The notes below the pieces were generated by a model that was given only the letters and a program-made list of their open reading frames with translations, searched no databases and was not told the origin of the DNA. A stretch of DNA of 64,000 bases from Octopus vulgaris (lineage: Eukaryota), in NCBI GenBank assembly GCA_951406725.2, contig OX597814.1, forward strand, positions 25,544,001 to 25,608,000. Reading direction: 5' to 3'. A program made the translations under genes and the position numbers. Below, in pieces: positions 27,020-41,599 of this stretch (within the stretch, counting starts at the first letter, position 1; every line of letters starts with the position of its first letter).

Positions 27020-28000
27020 ATTAGCCTAATTTCTCAAGGTTGTTATTTAGGCAGTGTATTACATATCCCAGGGCCTCAATAATTAAAGGTATAAACCTGA
27101 ACTTGTAATCTGGATAGAGTAACTACAGATTTCTCTATAGTTCAGCATAAGTGTTCTCTTTTTCACTGATCTTCAGCTTTATGTTAACATCTGCTGGGCA
27201 GCTAATTTCCACAACTGTACACAGTTTCTCTTTTCTATTCCAAATCATTATATCAGGTCTGTTGTGCCTACATTTTATTGAGACCTTCACTGATATTCCT
27301 TATTAAGGTCTTCACCAGTATTCCTTTTTATTATGAGTGGCTATGGCTTCTACCATATTGTGAGTTCTTATTTCTTTGTCCTCAGATTTATCCTTCTGAC
27401 GGATTTCATTATAGAGTGTCCTAACTACAACATCATGTTTCATTGGTAGATAAAACCATGATGACATTTTCAGACAACTGCTTACGATGATATCTTCAGT
27501 GTGAACTCCACAATGTCTGCAATGGTTGTCACACTTTACAGCTTTACCTGCATCTCTGTCCCTTTTGTGCATCAGGTATTTGGTTGATATTTCATGTTCC
27601 TGGATTGCGAATGCATACCCTTCAAAGTAGTAGGTAAGAATCCGACTATTGGTCCATGATAGACAGCTTTGATGATCAATGTCACTATCATTACGAAGCT
27701 TTTTAGTAACATATCCATGCATAGCCTTCTGCTCATATAGGCTCATCCTTTCATCTGATGATACGTTGCGGTAGACTCATGTGATTTCTAGGTTATCAGA
27801 CAAAGAGTGTTGCTCAAGGAGCTGCCTTCCAAGTCTTATGATGTTATTAACCTCATGTATGCAAACACTTGGTCACAGGATGCACTTCAACACTTGGCTG
27901 TTAAAAGATGTTACCGAAGGGACATGATGCAACATTCAAAGGCATTTTGGATCTATGTTAAGCCTCTTCCACCTTGTTTTCGTTTTAGGTAGAGGCAGTC
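27020..28000 (-). mobile_element. R4/Dong-like non-LTR retrotransposon (zinc knuckle and RLE)
   Basis: YLKRKQGGRGL; CRHCG..SSC..KHDVV; HNRPDI..VVEISCP. Confidence 0.85.
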
Positions 28001-28033
28001 TACATCATGTGTATATGTATGTATGTGTGTATA

Positions 28034-28069
<36 letters not shown>

Positions 28070-28079
28070 TATATGTATA

Positions 28080-28116
<37 letters not shown>

Positions 28117-28464
28117 GGGGGGTTGCAAATAAAGGTGTAAAAACATAAAATGAAGCAGAAATGACATTATTTTAATGCATTTGAGTTGGAATGTAGTGTC
28201 TGAACATGTCAGAAAGTAGTCATTCATAAGAAAAGGAGGAGCATATTGAGAAAGAGAGCGAGACAGACAGAAGTATAGTCAGTGTGCAAAAGAAAAATAA
28301 TAGCAAACTTACAGAGTAATGATAAAAAAGAACAATAAAAATGGGGGGTGGAAGGTTGCAAGAAGATGGTGTGCAAACAGACGGTGGGAGAGAAATGCTG
28401 TTCTATGGAGAGAAGAGTTAAGAAGGGAGGAAGGGCAAGCATATAGATTAACATTTCAGAATGT

Positions 28465-28465
28465 G

Positions 28466-28526
<61 letters not shown>

Positions 28527-28561
28527 GTCTATCTTTCTCTCTCTCTTTCTCTCTATCTCTC

Positions 28562-28598
<37 letters not shown>

Positions 28599-28600
28599 TT
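28465..28600. repeat. (TCTA)n microsatellite
   Basis: Seen directly. Confidence 0.95.
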
Positions 28601-28614
28601 GTCTAACAACCTAC

Positions 28615-28853
28615 ATACCTATTTCTTTACTACCCACAAGGGGCTAAACACAGAGGGGACAAACAAGGACAAACAAACAGATTAAGTCGATTATATCGAC
28701 CCCAGCACGTAACTGGTACTTATTTAATCGACCCCGAAAGGATGAAAGGCAAAGTTGACCTCAGCGGAATTTGAACTCAGAACGTAGCGGCAGACGAAAT
28801 ACCGCTAAGCATTTCGCCCGGTGTGCTAACGTTTCTGCCAGCTCGCCGCCTTA
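28615..28853 (-). mobile_element. SINE family B, young copy
   Basis: CpG-rich; AAGGCGGCGAGCTGGCAGAAACGTTAG head. Confidence 0.9.
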
Positions 28854-29099
28854 ACATACCTACATACCTACCTATCTATCTATCTGTCTGTCTGTCTATA
28901 TAAGCTGTAGAATCCAACTGAATCAATGGATTCTCGCAATAAGGATATCAATTTAGAGTCAAGAACAGCATATCATTGTATCAACAGTATATATAGACAT
29001 TCATGCATATATCAATGTATATATCTGAACCTTGTCCTACCATTCACATACACATGCACATGAACAGACCAATATATTCATCAATGTAAATATACATGT

Positions 29100-29420
29100 G
29101 ATCACGTGATCACGTGATCACATCACGTGACCGACCAGACCATCAGATGTTGTTACACATCGCTGGTCACAATGCTTTCGCATTGTTTTAGCCTTTGAAT
29201 GACGCCACCCCGCTGGCTAAGCGAGCAGGCCAACAGAAGAAAGAGTGGTAGAAAGAGTGGTGAAAGAGTACAGCAGGGATCACCACCCCCTGCCAGAGTC
29301 TCGTGGAGCTTTTAGGTGTTTTCGCCCAATAAACACTCACAATGCCCTGTCTGGGAATCGAAACCGCAATCCTGCGACCGCGAGTCCGCTGCCCTAACCA
29401 CTAGACCATTGCGCCTCTAC
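29100..29420 (-). mobile_element. SINE with family C head and a different tail
   Basis: 29250-29420 matches the heads of 13350 and 55228; the remainder is unrelated. Confidence 0.85.
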
Positions 29421-29677
29421 AATATACATGTATACATGTAAATTCACATACAGACATCATACTCTGGCATGCTGTTTCACAGTCCACTGTAAGTTCCAGA
29501 CCCAATGTAGGGAAGATTCCCGGTCTGGTGTAAAATAAGTAAAATAAAAACACAAATGGGTTGACATTCACTGCAGCTGTTTCAGATGCATATTTTATTG
29601 ATGAACAAATCAATTACATCATGAAAAAAAACCACTTCCATCCAGTGAATTGATATTCAAATCTAAATTTGATAATA

Positions 29678-30050
29678 CATCATCATCATCATCATCGTTT
29701 AATGTCCGCTTTCCATGCTAGCATGGGTTGGACGGTTCAACTGGGGTCTGGGAAGCCAGAAGGCTGCACCAGGCCCAGTCTGATCCGTGAGTGTAGTGGG
29801 TGCTTTTTACGTGCCACTGGCACAGGTGCCAGACGAGGCTGGCAAACAGCCACGATCAGATGGTGCTTTTTACGTGCCACCAGCACGGAGATCAGACGAA
29901 GCTGGCAACGGCCACGAATTGGATGGTGCTTTTTACATGCCACCAGTACGGAGGCCAGTCAGGGCGGTGCTGGCTATGGCCACATTCAGATGGTTCTCTT
30001 ACGTGCCACTGGCACTGGTATCACAGCTACAAATTCCATTGATGTTGATT
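29678..30050 (-). mobile_element. RTE 3'UTR fragment
   Basis: Internal GGTGCTTTTTACGTGCCAC repeats. Confidence 0.85.
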
Positions 30051-30134
30051 ATATATTTAAGAGATGAGGAATAATTTACACTATTTACATTATTTACAAT
30101 TGACAGATATTTGTCCTCATCTTGTTTGTTGTAT

Positions 30135-30722
30135 GGAGTTTCTACCCACGCCTTTGCTACAGATTGAGCAGGGCCTTCCTACTTACTAAGACTTTGCGTT
30201 TTGCTAGGTTAACCGTAAGGCCTTTCAATTCTAGACCTTGCTTCCATACTTGGAACTTCTTCTCTAGTTCTGGTAGTGATTCAGTTATAAGAACAAGGTC
30301 ATCAGCATAGAGGAGCTCCCAGGGGCAGTTTGTCTTAAATTCCTCTGTTATTGTCTGGAGGGCTATGATGAACAAGAGGAGACTGAGTACTGATTCTTGG
30401 TGAACCTCTACTTGTACCCTGATTCTTTTCTGTACTTGTTGCCAACCCTCACCTTCCTGGTGGCATCACTGTACATGGCTTGTATAGTTCTCACCAACCA
30501 CTCATCTATCCTTAGTTTCCACATTGACTACCAGACAAGGGATTGGGGGATTCTGTCAAAGGCTTTCTCCAAGTCAGCAAAAGCCAAATACAGAGGTTTA
30601 TTTTTGGCTATGTATTTCTTCTGCAGCTGCCTTACCAGAAATATAGCCTCAGTGATGTTTCTCTCTAGCATAAAACCAAACTGCATCTCATATAGACTAA
30701 CTCTCTCCCTAATTAGTTGGGC
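30135..30722 (-). mobile_element. RTE reverse transcriptase core fragment
   Basis: CPWELLYADDLVL motif. Confidence 0.9.
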
Positions 30723-30755
30723 TATATATATATGTATGTTTATATAAATATATGC

Positions 30756-30786
<31 letters not shown>

Positions 30787-32398
30787 TGTGTGTGTGTGTG
30801 TGCGCGTGCATGTTTGTATACTTCAGTTGCTGGAATTTGGTTTTGATTTCTCGTTTGTCAGGTTTTACAGACACTGACGCCTGGAACTTACACACACATT
30901 TGATTTATTATATAAAAACTTGAAAAAAAATTATGATTTCTTTTTTTTTTTCAAATTCAACAAATTTTTCTTTACATAAAATTAATTTAGCAATTAAGAT
31001 GATTAGAAAATTAATCAAAATCAGAAATGATTATATTTTATAACAAAGAATTCATTTTTATTTTAAAATATACAAAGATAAGGAAAAGACTAATGTTGTG
31101 AATGCAAATTCCTCTTTGTCAAATAATATTTTTAATTCAGATTTTAATTACAAATTTTGCATTACTGTAAGAAAATATAATTTCAATTATTAATATAAAA
31201 TGAACATTGTTTTCTATTTTGCATCATTATGGTATAAAATAATTCTACATTTGTGAGAATCACTGAGCCAGAACAATACCAAACTAAATTCAATAGAGTA
31301 TTTAGTTATTATTGCTGTTGTTGTTATTTTTGTTATCTAGTTCCAAGTCATCATTGATTGAGCAGACCTATAATCAAAATCATTCAAGTGATGACCATCC
31401 TGCCTTATTTTCTGGAATAATGTGTGCTGGACTACATTACTCAAAATGTCCTTTTTTATTTTAAGACTGCAGAATGTAGTTTGCAAGAGATTTGGCATTT
31501 ATTTCTGGCAGGCAAATTAACCCCATACAGCCCACCCATTGTTAGCTCATGGAGTATTTATTTCTATATCTTTCAACCAAATCTACCCACAGGACTTTAT
31601 TTTGTTAGGGGTTATAGTACAAGACACTTAAGTTGTTACACAATGAGACTGAAGATGAAACAACCATATGATTAGGAAGCAAATTTCTTAGCCACATAAA
31701 CATACCTGCACTCCTATCTTCACACATGGAATAAACACAATATCTGTCATTAATATTATAAAACTTATAATTTACTACAAAATTTATGTTGTGCCTGATC
31801 AAAAGATTCAATATTTAAAAATGTATTTTCAAAATCTTACAGTCAATTACTAGATTGTTCAGAATAATATGAGTTTACAATCAGTGTTTATGCCAAATTC
31901 CATAAAGTTAAATTTTACTGAGCTTCACAATGATCACTTACAAAATAGGCACAAGGCCACAAAACTGGGAGAAGTGGTTTATCAATTATATTGACATCTA
32001 GTACTTCACTGGTACTTTACTCTATTAGATCCAGAAAGGTTGCAAGACGCAACGAAAATTTTAGGAAAATAAAAATAAAAAATAAGTGGAAATTTTACTG
32101 GTGAGTGTGTTACATTATAAGGCACAAAAAGAAAATGACTCTCCCCAGACACAACAGAATATGCTTCAACACACGAACTCATATAAAGAATCTTGCAAAC
32201 CAAATCCAAAAACGAAAAATAAAAAATAAAGTCGACCTCAAAGGAATCTGAATTCAGAACATGAAGGGATGTAACTAAATGCCACAAGACATTTTGTTCA
32301 GCACCTTGCCAATACTACCAAAATATTGTCTTCACTGATCTTTACAATTTAGCAAGAATGATGGATATCTAAAATCTAGATTATAGATTCTAACTCAC

Positions 32399-32430
32399 CA
32401 ACATTTTATTCTTTTTCCAGCAAAACAGGA
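32399..32430 (-). other. Candidate 32-nt exon
   Basis: Acceptor atatccttccttctag| and donor TTG|GTGAGT. No clear protein match. Confidence 0.35.
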
Positions 32431-32849
32431 CTAGAAGGAAGGATATACAGAGAATATAGTTTAAAAAATAGATAAAAGAAAGGAAAAAAGAAAAATTAAA
32501 AGAATCAGAAAGGGGAAGAAAAAGTAAATGGAGAAGAACATTTATAAAAGGAATGGACTTTCCAATCTTTATTCAGCAATTCATATAATACTCAAACCAA
32601 CAATGCAAACACTCTGAAAGCTACATTCAAAGAATCACTTGAGCTATCTCAGCCTCTTTATTTTCTATATTTTAGTTAGCTTTTCTTGTATACTGTTAAA
32701 TAACATTTGAGTGTCAAACAAATTCCAGAAAAGTAATGTTTATATTTAATTACAATTTTACTGTTCAAATTTAGCACAATCATTTTATATGGAGAGGGTT
32801 TTATATGAGAAAGATTAAGAAAAATGCTGGTAAAAAATCTCATGGGGAA

Positions 32850-33260
32850 AAGATTAGGGGAAAAAATGACTCATGAATAAAACTTTGAAAGAGTGGACCA
32901 TTTGTTGAAAATGAACTTTCTAGAAATGCTTCAAATATTTTACTGAAATAATATGGAATCTCATATATGGAAACACATTTCTCTTCAAATTTTATTACTG
33001 ATACAAATATTTCTGCTTCAACATGGCTACTTAATAATCTTTTCCACTGAGATGCGATCATATAGTTGTCATCTTCTAACTAACAAGCGTGAACTATCAG
33101 TGTCAGGTTGGCAAAACAAGCATGAAACAGAGAAGCATACTTGCTTGCTGCCAGCCATTATTTTCTTAACTCTGCATTTCACCATTCCCTGACGAGCAAT
33201 TGCTGACAAAGTTTGTGATTAGCAAGCATGAAATGAAGATCAGGAAAGCATTGTAGCAAA
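32850..33260 (+). mobile_element. Old Penelope-like 3' end with hammerhead-like motif
   Basis: EIIWNL and NKREL resemble Penelope C-termini; CTGACGA..GAAA at 33189-33233. Confidence 0.45.
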
Positions 33261-33849
33261 ACAAATAACATCCTTTCATATGTCCATCTTGGAAAGCTTT
33301 CTTTAGTCAATCAGTCTACCCATCTATGTACTCAAGCAGGCTTCCTATACGAGCGAAACACAGTGAGTGAGTGACATGGGAGGAAGTTATTTCAGTAAAG
33401 TGTTGGGAAAGGGAGTTAAAGTAGAAAGTAATTCATTAGTTATAAAATGAACAAGCATAAAGAAAAAAAATACCGAAGAAAATCAGTATAACTGGGAACA
33501 AACTAAAGAATAATATTCACAAGAAAAATAAAAAGAAATAAAACACTATGAGCTCATAGAAGGAACATGTATGAATGAATGGAAAGGAATGGTTGGAAAA
33601 GAAGGCAAAAATGTATTTGATAAAGGAAAGAAAACAAACTGAAAGGAAATAAGTAATTACTAGAAATAAGGGCCAAAAGATAGACAAACACTGAACATGA
33701 TATTGGAAAGGGACCGTGAAAACAATTGCCTCTGGTTGTTCTCAGATATTCATGTTTAATAATGTCAATATTTTTCTTTTGAAAGAAGCATGTATATGAT
33801 TGATGAAAACAGATATAGTTTAGTTAACAAGGCTTCAATAACTAATTCA

Positions 33850-34131
33850 ACATAGCCGTTTTTTGTTTTTTTTGGTAGAATGATTCATATTTTGAATAAG
33901 TAACATAATTTAGTTTAAAATTCCAAATAGTTTTAAAAAGTGGATGTAGTTGAGTTAGCAGCATTAATAAACTTTGTGTGGCAGGGGCATTGACAAATTG
34001 AATCTGCAACTTAGTTTTGATTTCCCATGAAATAAATTCAATGATATTACTAATGCTTTCAACAGAAAAGAAAAAGAAAAACAAACCTCAACTTGCCATT
34101 CTTCTTCTTCAATAAATCTAAGGCTTGTTGC
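33850..34131 (-). pseudogene. Copy B segment: NHE TM8-9
   Basis: Acceptor ttttctttcacag|. LRFIEEEEWQVEVCFSFS..FHGKSKL resembles LSHIFNDALVEITITLA..VSGVL; FKTIWNF resembles LHRFWEM. Confidence 0.45.
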
Positions 34132-35199
34132 CTGTGAAAGAAAATGTTTCATAAATGAGAATGATTACACTACTCACATTTCCTTTTTTGAAAATATTTA
34201 TATAGAATAACATAGGATTAGATTTTTCAATAACAAATTTATAGTATCTTTAGATGATAAAAACACAATAAATTTAGTCATGACATTTAGAAAGATTACT
34301 TTTTTCATGAAAATATAAATAAAATAAAAAGAATAAAGAAACAAATATTGTAGAGCAAAATACATTTGGAAACATGAAAATATTATGCCAGTCTAGACAT
34401 AGTTGTAATGATATACAAAGTCATGGTCTGCAAGTAATTGAACACACTATTGTAGTGTTTAGAAAATAATACACAAGTTATCAAATACAATGCATAGCAT
34501 AAACACTATAACATATTGAGTCAAGTTATATCAAGCTATGGTTTACAATAAAGTTCAATTTATTCTAAAGAGAACAATGTTACTAGGTACTGTGCTGTGA
34601 ACATGTTAGAAGGAAAATGATATTGGTTTTTTTACAGAAGTGCATTTTGGGGAGAGTATATGTGATTAAGATGAAACCCAGTTTTTGACTACCTTATATT
34701 TGGTCAATCTCAGAAAGATGAAAGATGAAGTGAGCCTTGGCAGGATTCAAAATCAAAAAGTAAAGTATAACTAAATTCTGTAAGGTATTTCATCTGGGGC
34801 TTTATCTTATTGATTGCAGAATAATGAAAGGTAAAGTTAACCCTAGCAGCATAAGAAATTAAAAGGCAAAGGTTCATAACTAAATACTGTGAAGCATTTT
34901 ATGCTATACTTTAATGATTCTGCCAATTCACTACTTCAGTGAAGGAATGACATATTTAGGAACATCAAGAGTTAGTCATATTGGTCTATCTTACAGACAT
35001 GTTCAAACTTTACTAAAGCCTTTGTAGTATGCCATGTACAATGTATATAATTATGGGTTTTTATATATTTTAATCAAAGGAAGACAGTGCTTATGACCCT
35101 TTATAGGGCTACTAATACTGGTTGGATTGAAAGAGAAAGGGATTCTCAAATTAGAGACTTAACCTGAATGTTTTGTTAAGGCATCCAATTTACCAGGTT

Positions 35200-35533
35200 G
35201 TGAGGGTGCATGACTCAGTGGTTAGAGTGGTGAGCTTACGATCGTGAGGTTGTGAGTTTGAATCCCGGACCAGGCTTTGTGTTGTGTTCTTGAGCAAGAC
35301 ACTTTATTTCACCTTGCTCCAGTTCACTCAGCTGTAGAAATTAGTTGCAACGTCACTGGTGACAAGCTGTATTGGCTTTGCCTTTCCCTTAGATAACACT
35401 GGTGTCGTGGAGAGGGGAAGCCAGTATGCATGGGCAACTGCTGGTCTTCCATAAACAACCCTGCCCGGACTTGTGCCTGAGAGGGTAACTTTTGAGGTGC
35501 AATCCCATGGTCAGTCATGACCAAAGAGGGTCT
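35200..35533 (+). mobile_element. tRNA-derived SINE with family D head
   Basis: TGACTCAGTGG and AGTTTGAATCC boxes; TTGAGCAAGACACTTTA core shared with 47794. Confidence 0.8.
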
Positions 35534-36233
35534 CAGCTCAACAGCTCCAGGAAATGGATTAAGTTTACCTACCACCTGCGTGGGCAGTAGAGGAGTTTGG
35601 TCTCAAAACACAAAACACCTGTAACAAACACTGTAAGACATCCAGTTTGATGTTCTTATATTTTTACCGTTCCACTGCTTTAGATTGGTGCGTTTTTATC
35701 GACCCTGACAAGATTCTCTCCCTTCTAATTAGAAGATAGAGAAGATATGAAATTAGAAGGTAGAGAATCAAACCAAATAGCAAAAGGTATGCTACCACAC
35801 CCAAACCACTCTGCTAATTTTCAGCAAATTTCCTGAGTTTAAGTCTTACAAGTTCCATTTCTATTTCACAGTTGATGAATTAGTACATTACTTAAGTCTC
35901 AAAATTGTCCAGACTTAGCCCAACATTAGATAAGTGAGACATAACTTCTTGGTTAGAACACTAGCCTAACGTGCATTTTATCAACAAGAATGCTTGACTT
36001 GAAAATGCAAGCTCAACAATTATTTACAAATATAAAATAACAAGGTTATCCACATCAGAAGCTCTATATTCTCTCTAAAATTAGACTAGATGTGCCATTG
36101 ACTTAAGTGTTGAAGATATGTTGATGAATTAATGAAGTATGAAAAATAATTATCATCTAACCAGCAAATAATTAACTTCATGTTCATTCTATAGAAAAAT
36201 GAGCTTTTAAGATATGTATAAGACAATAATCTA

Positions 36234-37482
36234 TCAGGTTGAGTAAAAAGTAAGCAACATTTTGAACCATGAAGAATTTGTACCGAATTTTTGCAGTATT
36301 TTGAATTTTTTTAAACAGATTTTTTGCAGTAGTCTGATAATACAGACAGAGACTTGCCCAAATGCACCAATAAATTAACGTTGATATTTTCCCTTCCGTT
36401 GTTATAATCATATGAAATGGAACTGTCAAAGCACGACATTAGAGCAATTTTTCTATTCAAAAAAGGACATAAAGCAGCTGAAACTGCTTGCGATATCAAT
36501 GAAATGTTTGGTGAGGAAATGACAAGTGAGTAGTCTGCTTGAATATGATTTAAACGATTTCACAGCGGAGACCTGAGCCTTGAAGATCGTGAACATAGTG
36601 GACGCCCATCTGTCATTGATGATGGTCAATTAAAGACTGTCAGTGAGAAAGATCCATGTAAAACCACTTAAGAACTGGCAAAAGAACTTCAAGTTAGCCA
36701 GAAAACTGCCTGCAACCATTTGCATGTGGTCAGAAAATCAAAAAAGCTTGACCACACGATTTGAAGGAAATCAGAAAATGCACAGATAGGAAATTTGCTT
36801 GTCACTTCTCTGTAATCAGACAGATCCATTTCTTGACAGTATTGTAACTAGCAATGAAAGGTGGATTCTGTGCAACAATAAAAAACGTTTTACGCAGTGT
36901 TTGGGCCAAAATGAAGCTCTGGAAGCCTTCCCTAAACCCGAGCTCTTCAAAAAAAATGTTATAGTGACTGTTTGGTGGTGTACTGCTGGACTCATCCGCT
37001 ATAACTTCTTAAAACGGGGGAAAACCATTACTGCAGAAACATATAGCCATGAAATTTCCAAAATGAACGAAAATCTGTTACTTGTCTGTCCCAGACTGGT
37101 CTACAGAAGAAGGCCAATCATTCTTCATGACAATGCTCTTCCACACGTTTCACTAATGACACTCCAAGAGTTGGGAGAACTTGGCTACGAAGTTCTTTCC
37201 CACCCAACTTATTCCCCAGATCTTTATCCTACTGACTACCACTTTTTAAAGCACCTTGATGGTTTCCTGTGAGAGAAGGAGTTTAAAAACCGATGCTGAA
37301 GAGTTCATCAGCTCCAGAACTCCGAATTTTTATGTTACTAGAATAAACAAACTTGTAACTCGTTGGCAAAAATGTGTTGATTGCAATGGTACTTACTTTG
37401 ATGGATAAAATTTCCGTGTTGTTGAAATATATTGTGATGAATTTCATGTTTAAAAACATTGCTTACTTTTTACTCAGCCTGA
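36234..37482 (+). mobile_element. Full-length, dead mariner (DD34D, cecropia/Hsmar1-like)
   Basis: TA-flanked TIRs TCAGGTTGAGTAAAAAGTAAGCAA; 1249 bp; IRAIFL..KAAET, HDNA and YSPDL motifs; stops and frameshifts. Confidence 0.93.
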
Positions 37483-37842
37483 TACACCTGTGCTTGCCCC
37501 TCCATCATACTTTAGCTTTTTGACATGTAGCATACAGTCACTCACTTCCACCTCCCCCTCCTAAATTCTTTTCCTTAGTAGTGGGGTTTTTTCCTCCCCA
37601 TCCTTTTTCTTCTCTGTTCTTTTTTGTCTTGCAAGTTACATGGCAATTTCACTTTTTGTTTTGCAGGTGGTGTAAAACAAAAAGCACCCAGTACACTCGG
37701 TTAAGTGGTTGATGTTAAGAAGGGCATCCAGCCATAAAAAACCGTGTCAACGAGGACATTGGCATTCAACATAGCCCTGCAGCTCACCAAACCCACCTGT
37801 CAAACTGCCCTACTCATGCCAGCGTGGAAAGTGGATGTTAAC

Positions 37843-37875
<33 letters not shown>

Positions 37876-38097
37876 GGAGGAGGAGGATGACAACGACGAC
37901 TATGATGATGATGACAATCTATCATTTGACAACTTGACATGGAGAGCTAAACAAAACCTGGTGAGATATAAAAATAGTAAAATATTTTGGTCAGTTCAGT
38001 TCTTTCCAAGTTACAAAAAAAAAAAAAAAAAAACCACATTGTCGGAGCTTAATTTCACTGCACAACTAAATGCATTATTGATATGCCTCTCTCTTTC

Positions 38098-38497
38098 TCT
38101 CATTTACTTGTTTCAGTCATTTGACTGTGGCCATGCTGGAGCACCACCTTTAATCGAGCAACTCGACCCCAGGACTTATTCTTTGTAAGCCCAGTACTTA
38201 TTCTATCGGTTTCTTTTTTGCCGAACCGCTAAGTGACGGGGACGTAAACACACCAGCATCGGTTGTCAAGCAATGCTAGGGGGACAAACACAGACACACA
38301 AACACATACACATATATATATATACATATATACGACAGGCTTCTTTCAGTTTCCGTCTACCAAATTCACTCACAAGGCATTGGTCGGCCCGGGGCGATAG
38401 CAGAAGACACTTGCCCAAGATGCCACGCAGTGGGACTGAACCCAGAACCATGTGGTTGGTTAGCAAGCTACTTACCACACAGCCACTCCTACGCCTC
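38098..38497 (-). mobile_element. SINE family A
   Basis: Reverse match to 12765-13150. Confidence 0.9.
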
Positions 38498-40620
38498 TGT
38501 TTATTTTCTTGCCAAAAGTTTGCCAATTTATATCATATGACTAACAACATGCTCATAACCAAGACCCTCTCTTTTGCTAGTCCATATTAGCTGGTAATAG
38601 TATAAGTACGGCTTTCTATCATAATCACTAATAACACTGCCTGATTGTATTTTGCTGCATTGCTTTTCAGAATTTAATCATAGGTTCAGCCTAATGCTGG
38701 ATGGATTAAACTTAGATAAATTGTTCTGAATACATTATGTGAATATAAAGTATTCAGTGATGTTTAGCAATAAGAATTTATTATAAGACTTATCAAATCA
38801 TATTTGACACTGCAACAAAATTTATATAGAGCAGGTTTTATCAAATGTGAACAGTAAAATATTTTAAGGTATAATTACAATTTTAATATTAATGTTTTCA
38901 TGTGATATTATTTTTGTTAATCTGTAGATGAGGCAGGAGGGCTATTGCTCATGGCCTTTTTATGCCCTCTAATACTGGAAGACTTTTATAACTGTTGGGG
39001 ATTGCTGCTGTTAATGTTTAATTTGAAATTGTGCAGATTAGTATTTCAAGATAAAATAGCAGCAGGGAGGATGCTCTCAAGGATGGAATAATGAAATGTG
39101 TTTATGACATGACCTAGGAAGTAGGATACAGAGAATGTCATTAAGAGTGGGAGAGATGGTGAAATTTATTGTGGTTAGGTTCACTGTGGATGTAGTTCAG
39201 AGTTAGCTAGTTTAGAGGAATTGAAACAATTATAGGTGTGACAAAGAGGAAGAAATGTTAATGGCTTAATGGTGAAGTAATATAGAAGGGTGAGGTATAC
39301 ATTTGGATCTGCCTCTTAAAGAATCAGTTTTTAAGAATATGATTTGTTATGTAAGGGTTTGTTTGCACAGCCTCTGGAGGTGTTTCAGCTATAACCTACA
39401 GCCATATTATAATGATGATTAAATATGACCCACACACCATAAATAATTTTGGCTCTATTTTTGTGGCTGATATCGGATGAACATCTCAACAATATTTCCT
39501 TTTACTATTCTTTCTCCAAACCCAACTCTGCTATAAATTATATCTCAGATTACATCTCATTATAATATTCCAAACTTTTACCACCCTCTTTTTCCATTTC
39601 TTTGGCTTGATTTGACTGTTGTCATCATATAACTGAACAAATGAAGTAAAGTCATACATAAGGGTTTCCATAGACAAATAATTTTTATTCTAAATAATTA
39701 TATGTTAACCTAATACAACCCTTTAGGTAGCTATGAATTAAAAAGCTTCTATTTGCTGATGTAGACAGACTGTTTAGCAAGTATACTTGAATATAAGACT
39801 AGTTTTTAACAGATGAAACCCCATCTAAATATTGTTAAAAAATATTCCACTATCATAAAATAATTCGATGAATTTATTTCTTATCATTAAAGGATATAAA
39901 AAAAACTTCAGATATTTATTTGCTTCTTTTTTTCCTTTTTTATATTATTTTTTCTTTTTTTTTTTATTTAAATAGCAGTTGCAGAAACAAATATTTTACA
40001 AGCTGAACGCTCTTTTTATCGCTGACTACTTCACTGTGATCTCAAAATAGCATTCATTTATTTTTTTTATAAGACTTAGAACAATAAATAATGTTTATAG
40101 GAAAGTTTTAATTCTTAACATTGCAGGTAATAGTTCATTTCATTGATTTAACAATCATGTTCTTCATACTGAGTATTAGTATAAAATATTTTATTGACCA
40201 GCGTCTTGACTAAAATGTAATCTAGAACATTTGTTGTTATTTAACACGCTGGTCAAACCTGAGATCAAATAGACAGAATAAAAGTGTTCCAGCCATGACT
40301 ATGTCTTTTCAGTTATAGTGTATTTAAGACTACTTTATCTTATGTAGTTTTTTTCTTAAGCAGGGGCATGAATTGAGGAATATTTGCTTATCATTTTTAG
40401 TTTGACAACTCACTCATTCACTCGTAATCTAGAATAACAAAATGGGTCTATGTCTCTTACAAGTCTCAATGTGTACATTGATATTTGGAGTATATGTACA
40501 TTGCAGAAGGTGTAGCTTATTGTGTATGGTGGTCACTTGGCCTTCACAAGTATAATTTTGCAGTAAAACTAAATACACACACACACACACACACACATGG
40601 GTGAGTCAGAAAGTAATGCA

Positions 40621-40657
<37 letters not shown>

Positions 40658-40749
40658 GGCAAACTGGCTTTACTGTTTAGTAACATGCAGCTATAGTAAG
40701 AATCTGACTACACACACACACACATATGTATATATATATATATATATAT

Positions 40750-40996
40750 ATCCGTGCCGGTGGCACGTAAAAAACACCATCCGAGCGTGGCCGTTCACCA
40801 GCCTCGTCTGGCACCTGTGTTGGTGGCACATAAAAAGCACCCACTACACTCACGGAGTGGTTGGCGTTAGGAAGGGCATCCAGCTGTAGAAACACTGCCA
40901 GATCTGACTGGCCTGGTGCAGCCTTCGGGCTTCCCAGACCCCAGTTGAACTGTCCAACCCATGCTAGCATGGAAAGCGGATGTTAAACGATGATGA

Positions 40997-41000
<4 letters not shown>
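40750..41000 (+). mobile_element. RTE 3'UTR fragment
   Basis: Reverse of 29678-29880. Confidence 0.85.
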
Positions 41001-41034
<34 letters not shown>

Positions 41035-41169
41035 TGTAGTTGTATGCTTAAGAAGTTAGTTTCCCAACCACCTGCTCTTGGGTTCAGTTCTACTGCATGG
41101 TATCTTGGACATTTAGTGAATTTAGTAGATGGTACTGAAAGAAGCCCATTGTGCATGTGTGTATATATG

Positions 41170-41599
41170 TGAGAGTGAGTCAAAAAGTAATGCCATTTTT
41201 GTTTAGGACAGGTATAATTACCAACACAGGAGCATGTATCATAGATCAAAACGAAGATGGTCCTCTGTAGATCATACTCATCAGATTTAGCGTCTTCAGA
41301 CTATCATCTCTTCGGCGCCATGAAAGAGTGTTTGAGAGGCAAACATTATTCTAATGACAAGGAAGTGAAAACTGTAGTGAAGAAGTGGCTCAAAGAACAG
41401 TCAACAGAATTTTATGGGGCAGGGATACATGCTCTCATTTGAAGGTGGAACATTGCTACTGAGAGAAATGGTGACTATGTTGAGAAGTAGGAATGTGATC
41501 TACAGAGGACCAGCTTCATTTTGATGTATGATACATGTTCCTGTGCTGGTAATTATACCTGTCCTAAACAAAATGGTGTTACTTTTTAACTCACCCTCG
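41170..41599 (+). mobile_element. Non-autonomous mariner derivative with ~75-bp inverted ends
   Basis: Inverted ends 41170-41243 and 41527-41599; YSSDLASSDYHLF..NGDYVEK. Confidence 0.85.
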
